A stretch of DNA of 64,000 nucleotides from Octopus sinensis (taxonomy: Eukaryota): the NCBI RefSeq assembly GCF_006345805.1, contig NC_043001.1:73594001-73658000 (forward strand), read 5' to 3'. Of this stretch, positions 24,715 through 35,946 are shown in pieces (within the stretch, counting starts at the first letter, position 1; each line of letters opens with the position of its first letter). Below the pieces are notes generated by a model. That model did no database searches. It was not told where the DNA came from and worked only from the letters and a program-made list of their open reading frames with translations. Made by a program: the position numbers and the translations under genes.

Positions 24715-25475
24715 TTAACCTTTTGATACTAACCTGCCTGAAACTGCCTCTGGCTCTGTAATACAAATGTCTTGTTTTCAAAAGTTCTGAATTAAAATCT
24801 TCCACCCAACCTTAGTCACAATTTATGTTCCTAACACTAGCTTAATGATAACTAAGTTATTTTACTAAATACTTTGTTATATTTAAAAGTAGCAGCTAGG
24901 CCTGGTTTCACCCAGTCAGTTTGGATGGTGTGGCTGTAAAACCTGCTATGTGTAAGCATTCGACTTGTTTCTGTCAAAATGCTAAAAATAACTGATCAAC
25001 AAAAAATCAAAAAAAAAACCAACCAAGATTCAACCAAATCAAAAAATAAACCCAAATACTAAGTGAACAAACATGAACCATCCCACTTCCATTGCGCGCG
25101 CACACGCCCCCCCCCTTTACATACACTCATATATTCACACAGTTGAAACACTGTTTGATTTATTTTTTTAGCATACAGTTTTCATCATCCCACTACCAAG
25201 TATGACATCACTCCTTCCTTTCTCATTCATAAACACAAGAGTATTATTATAGTAGATTATCTTGGTAACCATGGGAGCTATGAAAAATACAAAGCCCAGC
25301 AACACCACCGGATCATGCTTCACATCTGCGTAATTTTTCGCGCAATAATTCCACCCAGCCGTTTGATCATGAATACTAAGACAAGAAAGAATTGCCCATG
25401 TCAAATTTATATGTATAGATTAATTGAAAGAAACACAAGAGCATCTCAACAGAAATATGGTGACAAAAGGGTTAA
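24715..25475. mobile_element. piggyBac-type MITE split by a Helitron
   Basis: TTAACC-TTTTGATACT ... GGTGACAAAAGGGTTAA ends; the two halves rejoin to ttcaattaattttaaatataac, matching caattaattttg of the copy at 4295. Confidence 0.8.
24889..25419 (-). mobile_element. Non-autonomous Helitron, 531 bp
   Basis: Inserted between A and T with no TSD; 5' TCTATACATATAAA; subterminal hairpin CTGG-GTGAAA-CCAG 13 nt before a CTAC end (CTAG variant). Confidence 0.75.
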
Positions 25476-25835
25476 AGAAATCTGCAAACAAATTACTTAT
25501 TGATATCTGCCAAAGTGATAATAAATTGTTATGTACGTGGAGAACAATGAAACTCAAAACAATGACAAATATATTCATTTTTAATACTTTCCATCAGATC
25601 TGAATGTGTGCATAGTAATTGCTGTTGTATTTTGCCAACAGACAATTTCTTTCTGACAATGTGTGTTTACAACACACTTGATTCACTGAGGTGATGGCAC
25701 TTTGATATGACATAGTTATTGTTGGCTGAAAATATGTTTTTAGGAGTTGGATTTTGACTGAGATGTTTTTATTTCTATAAATTTTTGTCTTTCAACCAAT
25801 TTGTTTTTGCAGAAATTTCACTAATTATTAATTCA

Positions 25836-26053
25836 ACGAGGAAATGCTGAAAAGTTCCTGGCTTTAAGAGTATTGTGAAAAACCTGGTTGGAGGCCCAAC
25901 CTTTTGAGTTCTTTTACAGAGCTTAGAAAAACTGAAGGAGTGTTGCAATAAATGCGTGAATCTGAGAGGGGAATAAGTTGAATAAAATCATAATTAACTG
26001 ATACTCTTGAATTTTCTTTTACCAAAAGCCAGGAACTTTCTAGCACACCCTTG
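25836..26053. mobile_element. Mariner-derived MITE
   Basis: TIR core gctgaaaagttcctggcttt / aaagccaggaactttctagc. Confidence 0.7.
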
Positions 26054-26166
26054 TACTAATTGGACAGTCTGCTAAAATGCTTCCTGCCCACCTTCTGTTA
26101 CATGTTTTTACATATCTAATTTTATTTGTTTATCAGAATTCTGCAACAGATGTTAATAGTGCTTAC

Positions 26167-26319
26167 CCATGCTGCCGGTACCATCAATAATTGATGTAAC
26201 TGTAGCTATTGCCTGAGTGTTCCCTTCTAAACACTGGTGTGTACCTAAATCTGCACTTACAGCTGTTGTGATCAAAGCATATGGTCCATTCACAAACACT
26301 CCACAGATTATCAGCAAAA
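26167..26319 (-). CDS. SLC37A2: SLC37A2-like coding exon k (153 nt): (V)LLIICGVFVNGPYALITTAVSADLGTHQCLEGNTQAIATVTSIIDGTGSM(G)
   Basis: Acceptor taattttcag, donor TGG|gtaagc; signature SLC37 motifs. Confidence 0.97.
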
Positions 26320-26949
26320 CTGAAAATTAAACAGAACACATTTGTAGTTATAATTTTTCCTTTCTTTAAATTTAACGGGAATCTTAGTATTGCAGGTTAG
26401 TTACATGGTAACCTCACTGGTGCTAGTGCTACATAAAAACGTACTCAGTACACAATGTAAAGTGAACAATACTAGGAAAGGCATAAAGCTGTAGAATCCA
26501 TGCCAGACACTGGAATATAACATGGTCTTTTAACTTGTTGGATTCTGTTGAACTGTCCAACCCATATGAACATAGAAAACAAGACATTAAATGGTTATGA
26601 TGATGATGAAATTTAAAGAGAAAATTTATTAACTTCCTTAATAATTCAATTTTGTGGTTCTGAGAGGTATTAATTATAATCAACATTATCTGGAGTTGCC
26701 ATACTATTATAAAGATATACACTAGATGTCAGCTAGATCAGTACTTGGGTTCAAATATATTGATTACTACAAAGGGGTCAATTTTGTCTTTCATTCTTTT
26801 GAGGCTGATAAAAAAATAGTAGACAGGTGGAACTTTAGGAACATTGGATCAAGTACCTTGTGATATTTGTTTTGGCCCTTTGCATTCTGAGTTCAAATCC
26901 CACTGTAGCCTACTTGGGTAGTAGACTTAGTAACACATCTAGGAATATA

Positions 26950-27330
26950 TTATCTATTGTTATTTAGCCCTAGGTCAGCCCTAATTCAAAAGACCTGTGA
27001 TAAACTTATTCAAGATACAGCATTTCTGTTATTCAGACATAGTATATCTAGGACTACAACATTTAATATGTCCTTCTTTGTTGCTACTTAGCTTCAGGTT
27101 ACCTCTGATCCAGTAGACTGATAGTGAAAATTATTTCAGCTAGACCCATTTCATCTTTTTTCAGACATAGTGTATCTAAGACTACATTATCTAAGGTGAC
27201 TTTCTGGTTATTTTGCTGCAAGTCAGCTCTAAAATAGCAGATCTATGGTCAAAAATATTTCAGCTAGGGCTATACTGTCTACTGTTCAAAACCAGTGTAT
27301 CTAAAACTACATTAACTAAGGTATGATTTG
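26950..27330. repeat. Three degenerate tandem copies of a ~127-bp unit
   Basis: cagacatagtatatctaggactaca, cagacatagtgtatctaagactaca and accagtgtatctaaaactaca at about 27034, 27161, 27290; a dispersed copy at about 49650-49700. Confidence 0.6.
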
Positions 27331-27438
27331 AAGGGGATTTTGGTTGCTGTTTCTTAGTAGTTAAGACACTACATAGAAGCTACTCCTTCCTCACCACATG
27401 AATAAAGTAAAATCTTAAAATGTAGAAGAATTACATAC

Positions 27439-27487
27439 CAATATTCCAAGTGTAATTCACTGCACCATATGCATTGTAAATATAGAG
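27439..27487 (-). CDS. SLC37A2: SLC37A2-like coding exon j (49 nt): LYIYNAYGAVNYTWNI
   Basis: Acceptor tttatttgcag, donor TTG|gtatgt; resembles vertebrate MFLYNYIG. Confidence 0.9.
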
Positions 27488-27839
27488 CTGCAAATAAAGA
27501 TATAAATGCACTTTACATCATAAGTTGCTTGTTTTCTCATTTAAATTCAAAATATTTTTCAGAATAATCTAAAAACATTATATAAATACTATCATATCTG
27601 GATTAAAAGATGCAAAGGCATATTAAATGCACACAGTTTTAGCTGCAGATATTAGGAAAATGTTTTTAGTGCATTAAAGCATGTAATATAAGCCCAATTT
27701 CACACATGGGACTTAAAATATGATATAATAATAACAGACTTGTTGTATTTAGTGCTCTACAACTCATCAGAAAAAGTAATCAAAAACTGCATGAAGAGTA
27801 CATAGAATATGCACAAGAAGTGAACAGTGAATAAGTTGT

Positions 27840-28190
27840 AAAAATAAAACAGGTGTGAGGAGCATCAGGTGTACTGTTGGTGAATTTCAGGAAGCAAGGA
27901 AGTTTTGAAGGATGTAATGTTCCTACAGCTAACAACTGATGTGGGTAGTTTATTCCATGCATCAGCAATTCTGAACATGAAAAAAAAATGTTTCCGAAAG
28001 TCATGGGTGCTGAGTTGGTTTCTTTAATTTTGTAAGCATGTCCATGAGTGTTAGATAAACAGAATTCAAAAAGGTACCCAAGGTTGTTGGAAGGATGGTG
28101 GATAATCTTGTGGGTGTCTACCAAATCAGTTACCAGATGCAAGAGCTTTACTGTGTCCATGCCCAGGAAAGCATGACTTGGGGTAATAAT
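27840..28190 (-). mobile_element. CR1-clade LINE RT C-terminal fragment
   Basis: LVTDLVDTHKIIHH..NTHGHAYKI..FF....WN.LP pattern (the CR1 TRGH..K motif), frameshifted. Confidence 0.7.
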
Positions 28191-28379
28191 TAAAAGATTT
28201 TTTGAGAAAAAGTATTTGAAATCATCAAATATGGAAATTTGTGTGCATATGTAGTGTGTACGTGTATGTCTGCATATGTAAACATACACACACACACATA
28301 TATATATATGTGTGTGTGTGTTTGTGTACATCTATGTGTGGATGTGTATGCATCTCTGTGCTGTGTACATGGCTGTGTA

Positions 28380-29312
28380 CATGTGTACGAACAGCCATGC
28401 TACATGGCAGTGAAACATGGGCCGTGACTGCTGAGGACATGCGTAAGCTCGCGAGGAATGAAGCCAGTATGCTCCGATGGATGTGTAATGTCAGTGTACA
28501 TACTCGACAGAGCGTTAGTACCTTGAGAGAAATGTTGTACCTAAGAAGCATCAGTTGTGGTGTGCAAGAAAGACGATTGCGCTGGTATGATCATGTGGCG
28601 AGAATGGATGAAGATAGGTGTGTGAGAAAGTGCCAATCCCTAGCAGTTGAGGGAACCCATGGAAGAGGTAGACCCAGGAAAACCTGGGACGAGGTGGTGA
28701 AGCACGACCTTCGAACTTTAGGCCTCACTGAGGAAATGACCAGCGACCGAGACCTTTGGAAATATGCTGTATGTGAGAAGACCAGGCAGGACAAGTGAGC
28801 CCAGCCCACTTATGCATGCCTTTCCTCCCTTGGACAAAGACCTGTTGAGGCAAGCGAAGTCGATATAGAACCTCATCCGACGACAGGCACCCATGCCAAC
28901 CCCCTTTGCTTGCGAAGAGATGTTGGGGCAAGTGAAATCGAAATCGAATTGAACCAATCCTATGACTGGCACCCGGCAGATGCCAGGACCCCTGGACTGG
29001 TGGTACGTAAAAAGCACTATCCGACTTGTGGCTGATGCCAGCGCTGCCTTGACTGGCTTCCGTGCCGGTGGCATGTAAAATGCACCAATCCGACCGTGGC
29101 CGTTGCCAGCCTTGCCTGGCACCTGTGCAGGTGGCATGTAAAAGGCACCCACTACACTCATGGAGTGGTTGGCATTAGGAAGGGCATCCAGCTGTAGAAA
29201 CATTGCCAGATAAGACTGGAGCCTGGTGCAGCCTTCTGGCTTCCCAGATCCCCGGTCGAACCGTCCAACCCATGCTAGCATGGAGAACGGACGTTAAACG
29301 ATGATGATGATG
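28380..29312 (+). mobile_element. RTE LINE 3' end (RT C-terminus, 3' UTR, (GAT)n tail)
   Basis: VRTAMLHGSETWAVTAEDMRKLARNEASMLRWMC..RLRWYDHVARMDEDRC..GRGRPRKTWDEVV..DRDLWKYAV; tail gatgatgatgatga near 29300. Confidence 0.92.
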
Positions 29313-29447
29313 AAACTGTATGTCATATTTGAGGTTCCGATTGTGAGACTCAATTATGAGTCCACTGCATCTTATAGCAGAAACAGCTGCAAGCAAATGA
29401 GGCTCATAACATAACCATTGTTTTTCTTTTGTCATTTTTTTTTCTTA

Positions 29448-29523
<76 letters not shown>

Positions 29524-29532
29524 CATATATAT

Positions 29533-29867
29533 GTGAAGCGCATAGCTCAGTGGTTAGAGCATCGAGCTTACAATTGTGAGGTTGTGAGTTTGAATCCCGG
29601 ACTGGGATGTGTGTTGTGTTCTTGAACAAGACACTTCATTTCACATTGCTCCAGTTCCCTCAGCTGTAGAAATGAGTTGCGACGTCACAGGTGCCAAGCT
29701 GTATCAGCCGTTGCCTTTCCCTTGGATAACACTGGTGGCATGGAGAGGAGAGGCTGGTATGCATGGGCGACTGCTGGTCTTCCATAAACAACATTGCCCA
29801 GACTTGTGCTTGATAGGTTAACTTCCTAGGTGCAATCCTATGGTCAGTCATGACCAAAGGGGGTCTC
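29533..29867 (+). mobile_element. Full-length tRNA-headed SINE with conserved GC-rich central domain
   Basis: A box tagctcagtggttagagc, B box gtttgaatcc, central ggtgccaagctgtatcagcc..ccataaacaacattgccc; superfamily not assigned. Confidence 0.85.
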
Positions 29868-29927
29868 CACAATCTATATACGTTATGTTATGTTATGTAT
29901 GTATGCATGCATGTAGATAATCAACCT

Positions 29928-29979
<52 letters not shown>

Positions 29980-30017
29980 GTACACATATATGTAAGTGAG
30001 TGTGTATATATATAGCA

Positions 30018-30867
30018 CAGGTGGAAAGTAAGTAGGCATTAAAAATTACTTATAGGATTTTTAGTATCACTAAAGACATGACAAAAACATTTGTTAAACA
30101 GACAATACTAATGGGGATTTCTTATTGCTTATTTTTCCAAAGGCTTGTCACTTGACTGTTCAGGAGTGAGCTACAATAATAGCATGCTACGAAGTGTGGA
30201 ATTCCATTGTTTTTGTTTCAAAAATGGTGGCATGCATGGAAAGGTAAGCATGCAACACTACATTTGGCGATAATAAAAAGTTGTCATGCAAAGCTGATGA
30301 CCACGGTCTCTGTGAATGATGCAAGAAGTGACCATCCAAACACATCCTGATCAGCAGAGAATGTGGCAACAGTGCAGGAAATGTTTAATTGCAGCCTGCA
30401 AAAATCAATATGTCAAGCAGCTCATGAAAGTGGATTTACAAGACACACAATACGTACGTTGTTGCATAAAGAATTGAATTTTCATCCGTGGAAAACCCAT
30501 TATGTGTAGGGGCTAAAACCTGAAGACTGTGACTGCAGAAGTCCAGAACTCCAAGAAGCCCAGATCTCACTCCATTTGACTTTTACCTGTGGGGTTACAC
30601 AAAAGGGGAGGTGTACAAGACAAAACCTTGCACACTGGAGGACTTGGAGATACGGATTCAAGAGGTTCTCAATGTTATCCCAGATTACATCCTTCAGAAG
30701 GTTGTACATCCCATCCCTGGCCATTTGAGGAGAGAGGTTGACACCACAGGTGCTTACGTTGAAATTTTCCCATGTAATAAAGAACATGTATCATTTGCTT
30801 CAATAAATTTGTAAAAGGAATATGGATTTTATTACCAATTTTTAATGCTTACTTTTCACCCACCCTG
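30018..30867 (+). mobile_element. rosa/maT-like Tc1-mariner relic, internally deleted
   Basis: Degenerate TIRs cagg(g)tg..aaagtaag..cattaaaaatt; SVNDARS..SAENVATVQEMF..QKSI.QAAHESG..LHKELNF.PWK and RSPDLTPFDFYLWGY.KGEVYKTKP.TLEDL. Confidence 0.75.
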
Positions 30868-31257
30868 TGTGTATGTGTATATATATATATATACACACAC
30901 GCACACACACACATATGTATATGTATGTATTGTGTATATGTACTTGATCCCCTAGGAAATATTCAAATGTACTTTGATTTGGTGGGAAGATATTCAAATT
31001 ACTTTGATCCATTATGTGTTCAATCACTAAATACTGAAGTGGTGATACTCAGAAATGTACAGAGTGTTGTATTATTGTTTCTAACAGTGCAATATATTGT
31101 CTATGACAATAACATACTTTAGAGTAATTTTCAAAAAATAATTACGCTTTTCTCTCTCTCACTTTCCATATATATACTGTGATATATTTGTATCCTCAAG
31201 GTAATGTATCCAGGAAGGTGAATAAAAGAGAGAGAAGGGGGGGAAGGGAGGGAGGTG

Positions 31258-31264
<7 letters not shown>

Positions 31265-31325
<61 letters not shown>
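31265..31325. repeat. (GA)n microsatellite
   Basis: Read directly; similar tracts at 29452-29488, 32688-32783, 42482-42541. Confidence 0.95.
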
Positions 31326-31329
<4 letters not shown>

Positions 31330-31450
31330 ACAAAAGAATCAGGAAAGGTGGTTGGTTGCATGGTTGCAAGAGTGTGTGTATATAAAGGAAGAGACTAATG
31401 GATCATGGAAGGAGTGGATGAGGTTAGCGGTAGGCAGAGGCAGAGACAGC

Positions 31451-31535
31451 TGATGGTAAATAAGAATGAAGGTGATTGATGGTAAATAGGAATGAAGGTG
31501 ATTGATGGTAAATAAGAGTGAAGAATGACTGATGG
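31451..31535. repeat. 26-bp minisatellite, about 3 copies
   Basis: tgatggtaaataagaatgaaggtgat repeated at 31451, 31477, 31503. Confidence 0.85.
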
Positions 31536-32016
31536 CAATGACAGTACAGAAAGGCCACTGGTATACAGTAACAGTATTAATTACATTCATTACACTGGCA
31601 GAATAATATAGCAATGAAATTTATGTAAATAAAGGATCAAGTTTGTGGAAGCTGCTGAGCGGCAAACATGTCTAATCCCTGCTAGTGTGGAAAAACAGAC
31701 ATAAAAGTAATTATGATAAGAGTAACAGTGATGAACCTTTTTTTCTTTATGAATTACTGGTGACAACACTTTTATTAACATATTTCTGTGGAAATAAACT
31801 GCTTTTGTTACAATTAATCTCGAGAATAATAAAGAATTTATTAAAATGACTTGGTCATTATTAAACTGGTGTGTAGAATATGCAATAACAAGAAATTTTG
31901 ATGGAAGGTTTTAATTTAGATCCCTTTAAAACAGGGAATTTGCTTCATAAAACTAAGGACAGTCTCAGGCGGGTTGATATCAAAAGAGTAAAGCAAATAG
32001 AAGTATTGTTACTTAC

Positions 32017-32102
32017 TAGTGGAGCTGCAAATGCTGACATAATCATACATATAATTCCACTGGATTTAGTTTTGTCTGAGAGAAATCCAGCACATATACC
32101 AC
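32017..32102 (-). CDS. SLC37A2: SLC37A2-like coding exon i (86 nt): GICAGFLSDKTKSSGIICMIMSAFAAPL
   Basis: Acceptor tttcctttcag, donor CTA|gtaagt; G..AG..SD motif. Confidence 0.95.
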
Positions 32103-32139
32103 CTGAAAGGAAATAAAATTCTTAGTTGAAAATTAGTTT

Positions 32140-32683
32140 TACAAAACAGTGTTCAAAGAACTAAATAGTAATCTGTTGTGAATCTGAGGAGGAAACCTGT
32201 GGAAGGAGTAGACCAAGGAAGACATGGGATGAGGTGGTAAAGCATGAACATTGGGCCTCATGGAAGCAATGACACATGACCAAAAAAGTTGGCAATATGC
32301 TGTGCTTGGGAAGACCTGTGAAGCCAAGTGGTATCGTAGTTGTGGTTGATGCTACTGTCAGGTAACTGGCAATCATACTGATGACACATAAAATGTGCTC
32401 TTTCAACATTGGGCCTCATGGTGGCAATGATAAGTGACTGATATGCCATGCTTGAGAAGACCCGTCAAGCCAAGTGAAATCATAGTTGTGGCCAATGCCG
32501 GTGTCATATATCTGGCACACAAGCCTGTAGCACACAAAAAGCACCTATTACACTCTTGGAGTGGTTAACGTTAGGAACGACATACAGCCATAGAAACCAT
32601 GCCAAATCAGATTGGAACCTGGTGTAACCCTACAGCTTACCAGTTTCAGTCAAACCATCTAACCTTTGCCACCATGGAAAACG

Positions 32684-32690
<7 letters not shown>
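32140..32690 (+). mobile_element. RTE LINE 3' fragment
   Basis: ggaaacctgtggaaggagtagaccaaggaagacatgggatgagg (GRxRPRKTWDE), duplicated end segment, 3' UTR remnant. Confidence 0.75.
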
Positions 32691-32726
<36 letters not shown>

Positions 32727-33674
32727 AGAGAGATAGAGAGAGAGGGAGGGAGGGAGGGAGAGAGAGAGAGAGAGAGAGAGAGAATCTGGTCACATTTTCT
32801 TTTACTCAGAGACAATTTGAAAGTGTGGGCTCCCATGTTTCTTCTAGAAAGTTAACTTATGTAGCAGTTCTGCATCTATAGATTTAGTACTGGACCAAAT
32901 ATCTAGCAAGCTTCTTCTACTCTAGTACCATTCAGTTTTATGGTTGTTACCATATGAGTGAAACAACGTTAGGTTGCTTACATTTCACACTGACATTTCA
33001 ACTGGTATTTTACACTTTGAAAGACCAGTGAAATATACAATCCTTTGTGTGAAACACAAATAAAGAATGACAACAAGAAAATCACCACCGCTATCATCAG
33101 CTTTTAACTCCCATCATTCATGCTGGCATGTGTTAGTTTGACAAGATATGATGAGTATGAAGACTGTACAACACTCCAGTATCTCCCTTGGCATGGATAT
33201 CTACAGTTGGATGTGCTTCCTAACACCAATGACTTTAATGAGCATTCTGGATGATTTTTTTTCATGACACCAACACTAGTGAGGTTGCCATACAGCTTGC
33301 AAAACTGAGTAGGGCCACAATAGAAGGTGGCTTTATACTGGGAGAGGAAGGAGGTTAAACTATGAAAGAAAAAACAAAAACAGAGCAGGTTTCTTGCTGT
33401 AGAGGTGTTAACCTGGCAGTAAAATGCTACCTAAGCCAAGTCCGTATCCAACCGTGCTAGTATAAAAAATATGTCCATAAAGTAAATGCACAAATTAATA
33501 TATAACCTCTTCGAAATGTCAAAGTAGTTTGTCTGAAGCATTTCATCATAGTTTGTATATAACTAACTCAAGTTGTCCCCCCTCCACACACACATACATA
33601 AATAGAGTTCTACTAATGTTGGTTTGGTGACTACTGGCATATACAAAGAAAAAAAGAAAAGAAATGTTACTTAC

Positions 33675-33737
33675 CAATAATACCTCCTGTGTCAAAAAAG
33701 GTTGATAAATTTGCAGCACGCTGAGCATTTAAATGAG
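33675..33737 (-). CDS. SLC37A2: SLC37A2-like coding exon h (63 nt): (T)HLNAQRAANLSTFFDTGGII(G)
   Basis: Acceptor gtacattcag, donor TTG|gtaagt; LST.FD.GGIIG motif. Confidence 0.95.
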
Positions 33738-34947
33738 CTGAATGTACAAAGGCAACAAACAGAAATGAATATTTACGTTTTGAATATAAATATAAAAATT
33801 AAAGACTTGTAGGTACGTGGTACTTCATTATGCAAACCCAATATACTATAAGGTATTCTAAATGTTTTAATAAGTTAGTACAACGTTCTATAAATGTAAA
33901 AGTATTGTTAAACATGTAAATAGGTCATTTGATGGCATATCTTAAACCAAATACCATCAGCTGCATCATCATTTAAGGCAATTTTCCAGGGTAGCATAGG
34001 ATCTGAAGAACCAGAGGATGCATCAGTTCCAGTTTCTGTTTTGACATGAATTCAACCACTTACAGAGCATACTTGGTGCTTTTTTGTGACACAAGCATTA
34101 GTGAGGTCAATGAGTAACTTCTAAAACAAAACCCTTTGATTAAGTTGGGAGGTGGCTTTAACCCTTCATCATTCAGATAACTTTGTCACATGTAATGCTT
34201 ATTTATACACATTGATTTGAATTAACCATGCATCATCCCATAGATTCAAAACCTCAAAGATGTGATTTTTTATTGTTAGAATGACATTGTAGGGTAGGTT
34301 GGAAAGGCTGCATCTGGCTGGTTTGAACATAACATAGGTAGAATATTTGGGCTGGATATGGCTAGTTTAAATGCTAAAGGGTCAAGCCAAGTGTTGAGAG
34401 ACTAAAGTATGATAGAGGAACATAACTAGGTGTCTTGCAACAGAGAACATAGCAACATAACTACCCCAGATGGAATGGGAGAAAGGATAGTGGTAATGAA
34501 ATAGTAGGGCATACTCTCAAGGCACAAGAAGGTAGCTGATAATATATTGGATTAAAAACCTCTTGAATGGAAAAAAGTAGCTTTCTGCCTGCTTTGTATC
34601 TGAGGGGTTTTTAATGTAATATATTATCAGTTATTATTTACAAATAAGTTCACTTAGAGATACATAATTAAATGACTTATTTAGAACTTATTATTTTGGA
34701 AAAAGTTCAGAAAATATAGTTGACTGAGTTGCCCCCTGGTACTCAGAGACAATCTTATTAAAATATTAAACTGGTAGGAATGGTTGAAAGTTGTAGTCCA
34801 GCAGCTTGGAAAATAGATGTAAATGATGATGGTAATTAAGGTTTTTTTTTTAATGATTTATGTATCAAAAATGTCAGCACAAACTTAACTATTGCTTTTT
34901 AGATGCATAGGGCATCTCAGAGAATAAAAAAAACAAACATCGCTTAC

Positions 34948-35038
34948 TTTTATTCTTGATGAAGTTAGGTAGCCAGTAGAGGAATGTATAACTGATTAAT
35001 TTGGCAAAGAATAGACAAAGTGAAAATTCCACAACACC
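34948..35038 (-). CDS. SLC37A2: SLC37A2-like coding exon g (91 nt): GVVEFSLCLFFAKLISYTFLYWLPNFIKNK
   Basis: Acceptor ttgtattccag, donor AAA|gtaagc; highly conserved TM7 motif. Confidence 0.96.
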
Positions 35039-35169
35039 CTGGAATACAATAAGAATAAAAAATATTAGAAAATAAGTTATGAAGACAATTGTAAAAGGTA
35101 GGATTTGTTTATGATAAGGAAGATAATGAATTCAATAACATTGTTATATTATATGTGTGTGTGTGTATT

Positions 35170-35368
35170 GGTTTCAAATTTTGGCACAAGGCCAGCAATT
35201 TCGGGGAAGCAGGCACATCTATTACATCCATTTCAATGTTCAATTGGCACTGAAAGGATGAAAGGCAAAGTCGACTCCAGCGACAATTGAACTCAGAATG
35301 TAAAGTTGGAAGAAATATCACTAAGCATTTTCCTTGGCACAGTAACAATTCTGTTAGTTTGCTGCCTT
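35170..35368 (-). mobile_element. tRNA-headed SINE (aaggcggcgagctggcagaa-type head)
   Basis: gaaaggatgaaaggcaaagtcgac core shared with 43319, 43652, 45024, 47829, 55696. Confidence 0.75.
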
Positions 35369-35371
35369 TAT

Positions 35372-35426
<55 letters not shown>

Positions 35427-35825
35427 ATACATACATACATACACGTGTGTGTGTGTGTATATATATATACATACATACATATATAATTAAGATTCAGTTG
35501 AATTAGGTATTTAAATTGAGACACCAAGCCAGTTCGGTATAGTCCATGCAGCTCAAAGTTAGGTGAACAAAATGAAAATGAGTAACAAGTTTGTCCAGGT
35601 ATCAATGCATCACGGCCGTTTCAAGTGGCTCCATTTAATCGATCAATGAAAACATTATATCAGTTTGAAAGAAACCACTCTCCTCAGATGCAGATGACCA
35701 TATAGATTTCCAACATAAAGGATATCTATATTGGGTAAACTTTTATAAAAGAACTTGTAAAAAGTTTATTTATAAATTACAAGCACTATGAAAAAATTAT
35801 GGATATAAGGAAGTATAAAAATATC

Positions 35826-35861
<36 letters not shown>

Positions 35862-35898
35862 ATATATATACTTTATTTAAAGCACCAGAAAATTCAAC

Positions 35899-35946
35899 AA
35901 AACCTGTTACTCTGAGTTTCCCGTTGCCGTTCATCGGACAGTTTTT
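35899..35946 (-). ncRNA. Minimal type-I hammerhead ribozyme motif, copy A
   Basis: AAAACUGU-CCGAUGA-A-CG-GCAA-CG-G-GAA-ACUC-A-GAGU-A|ACAG-G-UUUU: stem I, core with U4C, short stem II, palindromic stem III, GUA triplet. Confidence 0.65.

Noticed and set aside
25168-25404. Hydrophobic ORF (..DPVVLLGFVFFIAPM|gt) that looked like a duplicate of exon i or a small membrane protein
   Set aside because: Lies inside the Helitron, needs a frameshift to resemble exon i, has no usable acceptor, and sits out of exon order.
29533-29610. tRNA-like sequences with A and B boxes (also 9943, 16187, 22075-22151)
   Set aside because: They run directly into SINE bodies and lack an intact cloverleaf; SINE heads, not tRNA genes.
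31451-31535. Regularly spaced 26-bp repeats, also the RTE 3' UTR sub-repeats, as a CRISPR-like array
   Set aside because: Head-to-tail units without unique spacers, eukaryotic context, no cas genes.
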